Shown: positions 9,075-19,423 of the stretch, piece by piece | Layout: each line of letters opens with the position of its first letter | Position numbering within the stretch: position 1 is the first letter of the stretch | IMG/VR virus record: IMGVR_UViG_3300034374_008984 | Span: 1 to 64,000 of that record | Source: a virus | Reading direction: 5' to 3' (one strand) | Length of the DNA stretch: 64,000 nucleotides | Made by a program: the position numbers and the translations under genes | Notes under the pieces: model-generated | The model's input: only the letters and a program-made list of their open reading frames with translations | The model's database searches: none | Told to the model about the DNA's origin: nothing

Positions 9075-9734
9075 ATGAAAACAGAAGTAATAACCCGCGA
9101 AATCTTCACCTTCGAGGAGCTTTCTGAAGATGCCAAGCAAAGGGCCATTGACAACCTGAGAGAGATAAATGTTAATTACGAATGGTGGGACATGACATAT
9201 GACAACCTTCGTGAGCTTGCTGAGATGTGCAATATAGCCGGGTTTGACATTGAAGGGTTCGACCTTGACAGAGCTCAGTCAATAGCACTAAGTGGAAGCG
9301 TTGACTACGCTGATCTTCAGTCCTTCGCAAGACAGCCCATAAAAGAGGATGGATATAAGCTACTTGATGAGCTGCACAAATTCGCGAAATCGGCACTGAT
9401 TAAAAATCTTTGTCCGGCCATGAGGACGGTAATAGCGACCACGTACGCCCATGGATACCGATTTGAAACAGGAGCAAGTTACGAGCGGACCCGATACGGG
9501 TGCACGGATGATACCCGCGTAGAAACAGAAGCCAACTATGAAGGAACGTCCGAATTAATGGTCGAACAAACGGAGGAGTGTGCAGAGGCCTGTTCTGAAT
9601 TTTTGGAGGAGTTCAAAAACCTTGCTTTCAAAATGCTTTCTGATGAATTCGATTACCTGTATTCAGATGAAGCAGTGAGAGAAGCCATCGAGGCCAACGA
9701 CTACGAATTTTTGGAAAACGGGGAGCTTGCATAA
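9075..9734 (+). CDS. Acidic early protein, candidate anti-defence factor
   Basis: FTFEELSEDAKQRA ... YLYSDEAVREAIEANDYEFLENG, a terminal pattern seen in mobile-element and phage proteins. Confidence 0.6.
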   Translation: MKTEVITREIFTFEELSEDAKQRAIDNLREINVNYEWWDMTYDNLRELAEMCNIAGFDIEGFDLDRAQSIALSGSVDYADLQSFARQPIKEDGYKLLDELHKFAKSALIKNLCPAMRTVIATTYAHGYRFETGASYERTRYGCTDDTRVETEANYEGTSELMVEQTEECAEACSEFLEEFKNLAFKMLSDEFDYLYSDEAVREAIEANDYEFLENGELA

Positions 9735-9823
9735 AAATACAGCCCGGCACCCGATAACGGACACCCGCGAAACGGTGCCGGGCCAATACCACTACCAACA
9801 AAGAACCAACAAACAGCCACACC

Positions 9824-10689
9824 ATGAATGTCAATTCAATCAAAATAGGGGACACTCTTAAACACCCATACTTCAGCTTAAGCGGGATAGTCACCGAAAT
9901 CGGGGAACCTGAAAGCACAGGACAAGGAACAGACTTTAAACCCGTGAAACTGAAACCACTGAAAGGTTCAGGCCCGGACTATAATGAGTGCATCACCTCA
10001 TTTACCCTTACGTTTCACGAAGACGAAAACGGGGATTATACACATCAAGGACTCTTGAAAGTCAACTGATAACCACCAACAACGCTACACCATGAAAGCA
10101 ACAGTCAAGACCATTAAAGGAACACCGGGAACGGCAGTCTTCAATGCCAACCTGAGAAGCTACGCAGCCGACAACCTGAAGGGATACAGGCAGCTCAAAT
10201 TCAACGAGACACTGAAGGGCAAACAGGCCGCACACGTTGTCCATATCAAAGGACGATACTTCAGGGGCGAATGGTCGGGATACGTTTCACAGGTCGTGAC
10301 CACCTTTTACAAGTAAACAACAACCGGGCAGCCGCCCATAAAAACCACAACCAACAATGAAAAAAGTAAGAGCAATTTTCGACAACGGAGGACAAACATT
10401 CGACCGCTACACCGTCATCTTTTCGGATGGGGAAATGATAGGGGCAAGTGAACATCCGTTCAGCCCGGCCGGGTTCGGTCAACATACGGGCAACCTGATC
10501 GACAACTACCAACGGAATGCATGGGGAGGACGGGGAACAGACCGACCGACCAACAAGCGAGAAATCAACCGATGGATAACGGTAGACATTCAGAACTTCA
10601 AAAAGAGCAGGAACATAGGCAAGCTCATAAAGTTCGAGCAATTACCGGAGGACGTGCAAAAATTCGTTCAACAGGAATTAACGGAGTGA
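9824..10689 (+). CDS. Three small early genes (9824-10069, 10092-10316, 10357-10689)
   Basis: Consecutive ORFs, each with a C/A-rich leader. Confidence 0.7.
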
Positions 10690-10694
10690 ACACC

Positions 10695-10943
10695 ATGAAA
10701 ACAACAGCCGCAACCACAGCCCTACTGTTAGCCCTTGCCGTGACATCCGCACAGGCACAGACACAGGAACCGACAACGGCCCCACCGGACAGCACAACAG
10801 GCAGTTCCATCCGTTGGGAAGGTCGCAAGTTCGAGCCCATCTACCAAACACCGAGCGGAGGCCTGTTCCTTGCGAGGACCAACAGGCAGGGGATCTATTA
10901 TCGGAAATTCATCAAAGACGAACCAACAACCAACAAGCCATGA
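10695..10943 (+). CDS. Small secreted protein, paralog of 16441-16764
   Basis: Signal peptide ending AQA|Q; DSTTG...GIYYRKFIK. Confidence 0.7.
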   Translation: MKTTAATTALLLALAVTSAQAQTQEPTTAPPDSTTGSSIRWEGRKFEPIYQTPSGGLFLARTNRQGIYYRKFIKDEPTTNKP

Positions 10944-11666
10944 GTGAAATCAGAGTTCAACAAACAAACGAGAAAATCGGATACCCTGAAGGGAAGATAT
11001 TTTGGGAACCATTGAAAGGCTGGACAAGCCAATTAATGAAAAACCTTTACAAGCAAGGCTACAGGGCCTGCAAATCCGGGTCCGCTCACATCCTGAAAGA
11101 CAAGCAGGGCACAGAAGTTTGCAAAGGTTATTCATGGGAGGGCTTGTTACTTGAAGCCGCCCTGATAATGAGATGACCAACCAACAACGCCAACAAGCCA
11201 TGAAGACAATAGACGGCAGCAGACAATGGACGGTGACACCCGCCCCGGAATCCCCGGAGGACCACCGAACGGACACCCAGTTAATGGAACAGCTCAACAC
11301 GGACTATTTCAGGGAACACGGAAAGACGGTCCGGGCATTGTGCGAATCAATGGGCCTAACATTCATAGGAAGTTGGGGCGCATCTATCCAACGCCCGTCC
11401 AACAACAGGAACAGGCCCTTTGGCCGGATACCGTTCACGGGCCAACACCCGGACGGACGGCGAGAGGAGTTTTTTTTGATCGTACGCATAAAGACCAACA
11501 AGCCATGACCACCACCAGACAGACATTCCACATCTACAATCGAAGAGGATGCCTACTTGCTATGCACGTATGCGAGACAACCGAACAGGCACAGGCAGCG
11601 GCCCAGTCCAAATATCCCAATAGGCAAACATTCGTTAGACCATCGGGCAGCAGATGGGCAACGTAA
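10940..11666 (+). CDS. Three small early genes (10940-11176, 11200-11508, 11505-11666)
   Basis: Each starts within an identical CCAACAAGCCATGA leader. Confidence 0.7.
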
Positions 11667-11702
11667 GTAAATGACATTGCGCGAAAATTTTTTTTCTTTA
11701 GC

Positions 11703-11746
11703 TTAAAAGAATTTCCTTGCATATCTTAAAAGAATAACTACCTTTG
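11703..11746 (+). promoter_or_regulatory. Early promoter
   Basis: TTGC...TCTTAAAA...TACCTTTG (11739-11746). Confidence 0.8.
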
Positions 11747-11782
11747 GCAGCACATAACACAACCAACCAACAACCACAAACC

Positions 11783-14315
11783 ATGAAAGCCAACACCTAC
11801 AAAATGAGAGCCGAAGGGGCATGGGACGTTGCCCGCTTCATCGGGGCAACAGCCGGACAGCTCTCAAAATTCAAGATGGAAACCATAGGCCACGGCCCGG
11901 ACGTGACACTTGAATTTACCACCGTTCACTCGCGAGCCAACATTCAGAAAGCTCTTTCAATGTTAGACGATGCTCATGTGATGAGCCAAACATTGGCCCT
12001 CAAACGGGACTACACAGGCGAGCGCATTTAACCAATTCAACCAACAACCACAACGCCATGAACCACTACACAGGCACAGACTATCTGATTGACAACGAGA
12101 ATGGGACATTCGGAACCGAGAACGACTACGGAGTAATTGAGGACGGACTGACATTTGAACAGGCAAAGGAGCGTTCCTTAAAGTACAAACTTGGATATTC
12201 CGACCTCCTTGTTGACTGCCAGACATTTGACGACTACAAAACAATCGGTTCAGAGATTCAGCGAATGCGAAGGCTTTACAACACAATAAAAGAGCGGTCA
12301 AAGTATCTCAAGAGAGCATTAACACCTGAACAGGCCGCCATCGCAGAGGCTTACAACTTTTAATGAACCAACAACCACAAACCATGAAAAAGGAAAACTT
12401 CGAGAAACTCATTCAGGCAGTAACAGGCCGTCCTCTTGAGATTATCACAGAGGACAACGAGATCCAACTGCAAACAGAGTATTGCATAGCTCACAGGAAC
12501 ATAGAGGGCACTGACAACTATGTTCGATTTTATTGGAAAACACCAAAGAAACAAGACAACATCATGCGATCATTCATTACCGCCTTTGCGTCAAAGTACA
12601 CGCAGCCGAACCCGGCCAAATACGGACCGAACGACTGGAATCCCGACCGCAAGACATGGGACCAGATGACCGGCAGGGAGCGAACTATGGCCTATTACCA
12701 CCACAGGAGCTATATGTACACCAAGGAGCAACTACTCAAACAGGTAGAAGCCAACTTCGGTACACCTCAAATGGGAACCGCCATGATGCGCTACGGTTTC
12801 TACCTTACAGACTACGGGTTTGGAACCTTCGTCTTGTTCGGAGGGCAGCACGTTGAGAAGGCTGTTATGAGGATGCGCGAGTATCTGAAATTGGAAAACA
12901 TCCCTTACCGGAACGAGCTTTCGGACGCAAGATGGGTGCTCCGTTTTGTCCTCAACATGGGGCGACCGATACACGAGAAGATCCTGACCAAGTTTAACGC
13001 AACAATCAATTAACCCGGCCAACAGGCCACAAACCAAACGGTCATGAAGACTACAGCCAACATTCACCCCCACAACGAGGCCGCTATCAAGAGCCTTGTT
13101 CAAGACGACATCCCACATAGCAGCATTCACGGGCAACGCCTTGCAGCCCTTCATAGGTTGATACAGATAAAAGGCCAGCCGATAACATCGGAGGACTATC
13201 TGAACGGGCACAGAGCCATGAAACTACCATCGGGCGACATGATAGCCATCATTCACAACCCAGCAAGGCCCGGAAACTTTTTCCCGTGCCAAATCAAGTC
13301 AGTCATACTTTCTGAACTGACAACGCCATGAGCCAACACCTAAGACCCACATCGACCCGCATACGGACACCCTCCGGAGCTATCCGATACAGGCCAACAA
13401 TAGTGGACATCACGAACAGGCCACACCGCAAGACTTACGTGGGAACGCCACAGATAAGGGCAGGGACAGCGAAAGCCATCGCGGATGCCTATGTATCGGC
13501 CAACAAGTAGAAAGCCCGTTAGAGGGCCGGAAATCAAGTCAACCAACAATCAAGCACTTAAAAGCAACCACGACATGAATCAGCAACAATTAGCCACCGA
13601 GATTAAGGCCGCGACAGGGGCCACCTACTCAATTCAGGGATGGAATATCTACCTGAAATCATCAGAGGACATTGCCGAAAAGGTGGTTTCCATACTCAAT
13701 GACCTTAACGAGAAGCACGACATGGGATATAAGCGATTCGGGAAGGTGAAAAAAGATTCGGGTAGGGTATTGATAACGTCCGTTCCATTCGGTATTGCCC
13801 TGACCATCAATTAACCAACACAAGCCAATTCAACCAACAGTCAACACTTAAAAGCAACCACGACATGAGAGTAATTAAAAGAGCGAATTTGCCGACATCA
13901 CTCAATTTGAACGGGAAGACCTACAAACGGGGAACCAAAACAACCAACAGCGTAATTGTGGAAGTTTTGCGCGGCAAGATGAAAAAAGTTGAAGACTTGC
14001 GCGGTAAGCCATATCAACCGAGAGTTCACTACTTCAACCCATCAAGCCATGAATGAAGCAGTGATAGACCTCTTTATATCTATTCTTATCCGCAAACACA
14101 AGCCATTAAGACACAGGATAGGAATACATGAAAATTCATATTGTCTCGTCAGGTCACATCCTAAAGGCGATGATGTTCTCATGGCGAAAACCATTACCGA
14201 CCCCATTCAATTCAAAGAAGAGGTGGAGAACATCGCAAAGATTTTCAACGCAACCATCATTGAAGAAACAACCACTAAACACCAACACCATGAACAACAA
14301 CAGCAGAACACTTGA
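11783..14315 (+). CDS. Eight small early genes (11783-12031, 12058-12363, 12384-13013, 13044-13331, 13328-13510, 13575-13814, 13865-14056, 14049-14315)
   Basis: Contiguous + strand ORFs with repeated leaders; no recognisable motifs. Confidence 0.7.
13540..13868 (+). repeat. Direct repeat flanking one gene
   Basis: CAACCAACA.TCAA(G)CACTTAAAAGCAACCACGACATGA ending at 13578 and 13868. Confidence 0.85.
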
Positions 14316-14883
14316 CTACGCATGCAACAACGGACTGTTTGCCGTAGAGACAACATCCGAAGCCAACGGATACCCGGCCAACTTGCGCCAAGCCCTCACA
14401 TTCGACACCATTACAGACCTTTTAGTTTGCTCCGATGAACTGACCAAATCAGGGCATTCCGTCACGGAGCTTTTGCTCCACAAGCGGGACGGCTGGCAGC
14501 TTTGGCACAGGAGAGCCACAAGTATCGACCATAGAATGTTCCGAAAGGCAACAGACAGCGAATCTGTTTTGGAGGTCAACATATCCGATGATGACAACGA
14601 GGTGGCTTTCGACCTGATTGCACAGGGCCGGACATTCACCGACCTCGAGGAGATGAGAAGGGCAATCGATAACGTGGAAACCTTCAAAGACGAACTGGAG
14701 AACATCCTCTCAGAAGTTGAGGACAAGGGACTGACAGAGGCCACCGTGTTCTATGACCCAAACAACTACGCTATCAGGTATTGGGCCGACAACGAGACCA
14801 TAGGATACAGCCATGACACCCACACCTACCAAGTGGCCCTGATGGTGGACTGGAAAGAAGAGGACGAGGAGGACAACGATTGA
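14290..14883 (+). CDS. Acidic early protein
   Basis: 197 aa, D/E-rich, KRDGWQLW motif. Confidence 0.75.
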   Translation: MNNNSRTLDYACNNGLFAVETTSEANGYPANLRQALTFDTITDLLVCSDELTKSGHSVTELLLHKRDGWQLWHRRATSIDHRMFRKATDSESVLEVNISDDDNEVAFDLIAQGRTFTDLEEMRRAIDNVETFKDELENILSEVEDKGLTEATVFYDPNNYAIRYWADNETIGYSHDTHTYQVALMVDWKEEDEEDND

Positions 14884-14984
14884 CAGACATGGTTGACACG
14901 CTACGCGGTTGACCGGGGCGGGACAACGGTTGAGACACCCGCCCGAAACCACACCTTAACCAAACAACCCAAAAACAACCAACA

Positions 14985-15476
14985 ATGAGAGCAGAAATCA
15001 ATTTCACCCGAAAGGGCAACTACATCGGGCGCAGCGGACACGCCACCATGCACGGCCTTGATATACTGACAACGACCAACCAACGGAACGTTGTGCTGTC
15101 CCCTATAAACAGCCGAGGCCCAGCACAGTCAACATTCTACGAGATCCCCAAAGAAGACATACCCAACATCGTAGAGGCATTGACCAACGCAATGGGGCAG
15201 GACTGGCCGAGGTATTTCCACGTAGGAACAGAAGACGGTGTATCGTTAGGAGTCATCCGAGGGAAAGACAACGATGAACTCAACACCAAGCTCCAACAAG
15301 CGCTTCTCAATGGACTTGCAGCGGAGGCCGTCAAGTACGAGAAAGTTGACTTTAAGTTTTGGGAGAAGGAACATTCGACCGATGTTGAAGTGAGCTGGCT
15401 CCCGAACGGTAGCGGATTGGGCGACATCCTCAAACAGAAACGAATAGTAATCACCTACACATTCATGCAGCCATGA
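14985..15476 (+). CDS. Early hypothetical protein
   Basis: 163 aa with C/A-rich leader. Confidence 0.7.
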   Translation: MRAEINFTRKGNYIGRSGHATMHGLDILTTTNQRNVVLSPINSRGPAQSTFYEIPKEDIPNIVEALTNAMGQDWPRYFHVGTEDGVSLGVIRGKDNDELNTKLQQALLNGLAAEAVKYEKVDFKFWEKEHSTDVEVSWLPNGSGLGDILKQKRIVITYTFMQP

Positions 15477-15604
15477 ACCACGAACAGACAACCACCGCAC
15501 AGGCACACCGAACAAGGTCCGAGGCCAAGTTCTCAGAGATGTTCTTTCGGGCAGCATCCCGCGCAAAAAGTATTCACCAACAATCCAAAAAACCAACAAC
15601 CAAC

Positions 15605-16099
15605 ATGAAAAAACAACTTCTGACAATCGCAGCCGCAGTCGTAGTAACAGTTTCCACCGCATCGGGTCAGTGCGACCGGCTCACGACCGTGACCCACGAC
15701 AAATTCACGGGAAAGAGCACCGCATCAGGTGCTGACTATATCGTGGTCAGCGAAGACGGCATCAATGGAGTGGCATTCCTGTTCGTTTACGGGGAAAAGT
15801 CGCTGATACTTTCGGGCAAGATCTACGGGCCGAGTGCCTGTATAGATGACAAGGCCAAGATCTACCTCCTGTTCACGGACGGTTCCAGATTGACAATCCC
15901 TAATCAGGGAAAATTCAACTGCGATCGGAACTTCAGCCACTTCTTCTTCAATCCGGAGCGGTCGGACATCCTCTCTCAGCTACGGACAAAGACCATCGAA
16001 GCGCTTCGGGCAGAGACCGCGAAAGGCTCCGTCACCGAGGACGTTCCGAGCGATAAGGCCAACGACATCAGGGAAACGATCAACTGCCTTCTGAAATAA
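15605..16099 (+). CDS. Secreted/periplasmic protein
   Basis: Signal peptide MKKQLLTIAAAVVVTVSTASG|Q; four Cys in the mature part. Confidence 0.7.
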   Translation: MKKQLLTIAAAVVVTVSTASGQCDRLTTVTHDKFTGKSTASGADYIVVSEDGINGVAFLFVYGEKSLILSGKIYGPSACIDDKAKIYLLFTDGSRLTIPNQGKFNCDRNFSHFFFNPERSDILSQLRTKTIEALRAETAKGSVTEDVPSDKANDIRETINCLLK

Positions 16100-16123
16100 C
16101 CAACCAACCAACAAACAGAAAAC

Positions 16124-16405
16124 ATGAAAACATACGTGATAGTAAAACGAGAGTATCAGTACGGACTGGCCAAGAAACTTAACGCGATGGGCGTCAGCAC
16201 CTCACAGGTGGTTGACACCGTGAAGGGAACCCTTGAAGATGCCGGTCGGGCATTGCTCGATAGGCTGCGTGACAACGAGCTTCGTGTAGATGGAGACACC
16301 TACTACACACAGGTCAAAGGCGAGTTCATTCCCGCATTCACAGTAGGACAGGACCACTGCGAGGTAGATGAACTGTGGTCCGAGTTCACTATTGCAGAAG
16401 CATAA
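16124..16405 (+). CDS. Early hypothetical protein
   Basis: 93 aa with leader. Confidence 0.7.
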   Translation: MKTYVIVKREYQYGLAKKLNAMGVSTSQVVDTVKGTLEDAGRALLDRLRDNELRVDGDTYYTQVKGEFIPAFTVGQDHCEVDELWSEFTIAEA

Positions 16406-16440
16406 GCATAAACCAACAATCCAAAAAACCAACAAAAGCC

Positions 16441-16764
16441 ATGAAAAAGTACACCCTCAACATCCCCGCCAACACCCGTTCGACAACCCTCCGCGTGATT
16501 GCGGTAGCACTTCTGGGCATTGCCATGACAGCGGCCTCCGCCAACAATTCCACCGCACAGACCGTCACCGTCGACCAACACGGGAACCTCCACGAGAAGC
16601 CCCGACAGGTGGCCGTGACAGACAGCCTGACAGGCCGAACCTTCACAGACGCGAAGGGGAATGTCCACGATGTCTTCAAAGGAGCCAAGAACGCACTCTA
16701 CATCGGAGTGATCTCCAAGAACGGGAACTACTATCGCAGGTACCTGAAAGTGGAGAATAATTAA
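16441..16764 (+). CDS. Small secreted protein, paralog of 10695-10943
   Basis: Hydrophobic signal; DSLTG...GNYYRRYLK. Confidence 0.7.
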   Translation: MKKYTLNIPANTRSTTLRVIAVALLGIAMTAASANNSTAQTVTVDQHGNLHEKPRQVAVTDSLTGRTFTDAKGNVHDVFKGAKNALYIGVISKNGNYYRRYLKVENN

Positions 16765-16825
16765 AGGAGTTTTTTTTCGATCTCTAAAAAGTAACTACAT
16801 TCGCAACCTAATAACAACGCAAGAC

Positions 16826-17765
16826 ATGGGACAGGGCAGAGAAACAGAATTGAGCAGGCTCAAGAGGCTTGCCAACGAGTGGCAGATAAAGTGCCGAATA
16901 GCAGACTCAAAAGAAGAGACACCCGATAGCGAACACACGGCAGAGCGCAACGGACACGCGGCATGGGTGCAATTCGTGGCAAGCAAGATGCAGCCCAACT
17001 GCCCGTACCCGAAGGGGTCTGTGCAAGAGGTTGCATGGAGAAGGGGCTGGAACAAGGGATAAAGCAATCAAAACCAACCGAAAAATGATCACTTTGAAAG
17101 ACATCGACAAGGCCAACTTCGCAACGGCCATCGGCTACAACACGAAAGTGAACAAGCTGTGCAGGAGACTGTACAAGATGGTTCCAGAAGAGGGTGACGG
17201 GATAACACTCGTCTCCGCCCGCGTGGCCGTACCCAACACGACCCTCGGCCAGGTCGCTCGACTGGTGCAGGTGGAGGCATCCAAGAGAACGGCCTCTGTA
17301 GGGTATGATCGCGCAGAGGAACACTTCCTTGAGATCAAGGTCGGGGAGGCCGTTGTAGAGGTTTTTTGCATCGTAGAAAAGAATTGAGACATGTCAAAAG
17401 AACTCAACCAATTCGCAATAACGGTTTCCAAAGGGGCGGCCAACACAAGCCCCTCCGCAATCCTCTACATAAAGGAGGGCGCGGCTGAAGTCCTCCTCCA
17501 ATACCCCCGACAGGAACTCATGTACATGACCGAGGAAGGGGACGAGGAGGACAAGGACGGGGAATACCCCGACAGGTACTTCGTTGCGGTCGTCCCCGAA
17601 TCAAGCCCATTCGAGGGCCGGATAATGTCTCGCGATAAGAGGCGCAACGGGGCATACCGTTCGGCAGTACCGGCAGAGCTGTTCCCGATCGGCACCTACA
17701 TCATGAGCCAACACCCGGAACACATTGACGGAGTGGACTGGTTTGAACTTACGCCCGAAAAATAG
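16826..17765 (+). CDS. Three hypothetical genes (16826-17062, 17085-17387, 17391-17765)
   Basis: Downstream of promoter-like TACATTCG (16796). Confidence 0.65.
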
Positions 17766-17773
17766 TCGTCCTA

Positions 17774-17817
17774 TTAAAAGATTTCTTTTGCAGGACTTAA
17801 AATAAGTGTTACCTTTG
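17774..17817 (+). promoter_or_regulatory. Promoter for the recombination operon
   Basis: TTTGC...CTTAAAA...TACCTTTG (17810-17817). Confidence 0.8.
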
Positions 17818-17837
17818 GCGTCACGCACACGCACCCG

Positions 17838-18383
17838 ATGAACAGCACAGCAGAAACATATAACCAAGGACAGATAGAAGATGCTCAGAAGGATATTTCC
17901 CGACTGACATCCGAGGTAGAGTATCTGACAGCGGCCCTTGCAGACATTCAAACAAAGTCGCATGGGGAGGTGGCTGTTCTGCGAACCCGCTTGAAGGAGC
18001 TGAAAGAGGAGTCTGATTCCGAGTCCGACATCAACGAGCTTCTGAGGATGAAGGACGAGATGAATGCCATCTGCTTTACCTTGCAGGAGAACGAGGCCGC
18101 GTATAATCGAATGAGACTACAGAGCGAGCACTTCTACAAGGAGTCCGAGAGGAAGCTGATAGAGAAGTTGTCTGAGGCAATGGCTGTGAACAGGGCGGAG
18201 GTCAAGGCAAAGCTGACCACGCTGGAGGTCCGCAAGATGCACATTGACGCGGCTGCCCTGTACGAGGACTTCAAGGGACTGAGGTTCGTTGCCAAGGAAT
18301 CCGTTGAGGGAATCCAACAGAGGGTGGCCGTGTTGAGGAGAGATGAGGAGGTGTCCCGGATGAGGGAATCAAGTCACGCATAG
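17838..18383 (+). CDS. Coiled-coil protein
   Basis: Heptad-rich 181 aa. Confidence 0.7.
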   Translation: MNSTAETYNQGQIEDAQKDISRLTSEVEYLTAALADIQTKSHGEVAVLRTRLKELKEESDSESDINELLRMKDEMNAICFTLQENEAAYNRMRLQSEHFYKESERKLIEKLSEAMAVNRAEVKAKLTTLEVRKMHIDAAALYEDFKGLRFVAKESVEGIQQRVAVLRRDEEVSRMRESSHA

Positions 18384-18447
18384 AGCAATCAATCAAAACC
18401 AAACCATAAACCATAAACCCGCCTACAAGGCACAAAACCAAGAACCG

Positions 18448-19290
18448 ATGAGCGCATTGAAAGTTCCATCAAGAAACAGTGAGGGCACCGCAGTCCTTGA
18501 GCATCCGTCCCGTTACAGGGTCTCCTTCAAAGGGGATACAGGGGAATTCGAGGTGTACGACAAGAGCACCAAAGAGAAACAGCGCATTTCGCACGACAAG
18601 TTCGTGTTCATGCCACTCATTCGCACCGCAGGGGCCTCCGGCTACTATCAACCCGCAAACATGGGGTACTGGTCGAACGAGATTCAGGACAGCCGCACCG
18701 ACATCCTCGAAGTGAAGGGTAACGATGGGAGCACTTTCTGCAAGGGCCTCTGGAAGGAGATCAAAGAGCAGTGCAACGCCCGCAAGATCGAGTTTATCGG
18801 GAACCTGTACGCAGCAGTCAAGATCAGTGGCAATTATGAGATTGCCGTCATAGAACTGAAGACCACTTCTCTGGTCGCCTTCGGGGAGTTCGCCAAGAAG
18901 TTGGCATCGGAGAAGGGGAAATCCAATGCCATTTACAACGTGGCTGTAAGGGTTTCCGCACTCACCCCGAAGAAAAACGGAAGCGTGAACTATGTCGTGC
19001 CCACATTCACGGCACAAGAGGTGTCACCGCAGGGCATGGAGGCAAGTGGCAAACTCGCGGACACCTGCATAGCGTACCTCGAAGGGTACTTCTCAGAACA
19101 AGAGGAGGCTCAGGCAGCAGCACCCGCAGCGTCAGTCCCCGTCCAAGCACCCCAAGCAACGGCAGCCCCCGCGCAAGTACCCGCACAACAAGCCCCGCCA
19201 CCGCCCATGGAGGAGGACCTTACAGCAATGTACGGAGAGGATCCCCTTGCGGGAGGCATCGACTTGGGAGGAGACGAATTGCCGTTCTGA
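18448..19290 (+). CDS. Putative single-stranded DNA-binding protein
   Basis: Beta-rich core, Ala/Pro/Gln linker, acidic tail ending DELPF. Confidence 0.65.
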   Translation: MSALKVPSRNSEGTAVLEHPSRYRVSFKGDTGEFEVYDKSTKEKQRISHDKFVFMPLIRTAGASGYYQPANMGYWSNEIQDSRTDILEVKGNDGSTFCKGLWKEIKEQCNARKIEFIGNLYAAVKISGNYEIAVIELKTTSLVAFGEFAKKLASEKGKSNAIYNVAVRVSALTPKKNGSVNYVVPTFTAQEVSPQGMEASGKLADTCIAYLEGYFSEQEEAQAAAPAASVPVQAPQATAAPAQVPAQQAPPPPMEEDLTAMYGEDPLAGGIDLGGDELPF

Positions 19291-19301
19291 GGATACTACA
19301 C

Positions 19302-19393
19302 AGGGATGCGGCATTGGGTCACCGCTTGTAGCTACCATCCAAGCAAACTGCGCGGGGGAATTGAGTGGTCGGGTTCGACTCCCGGCATCCCTT
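19302..19393 (+). ncRNA. tRNA-like RNA lacking a canonical anticodon arm
   Basis: Acceptor stem AGGGATG/CATCCCT; T arm TCGGG-TTCGACT-CCCGG. Confidence 0.6.
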
Positions 19394-19423
19394 CTACAAT
19401 TAACCATCAAAAACCAATCTGAC

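Noticed and set aside
7737-16440. CRISPR array suggested by repeated C/A-rich motifs
   Set aside because: Repeats are separated by whole genes of variable length and end at start codons; no cas operon
19325-19345. Amber suppressor (CTA) or Tyr (GTA) anticodon
   Set aside because: Neither triplet sits in a 7-nt loop closed by a 5-bp stem
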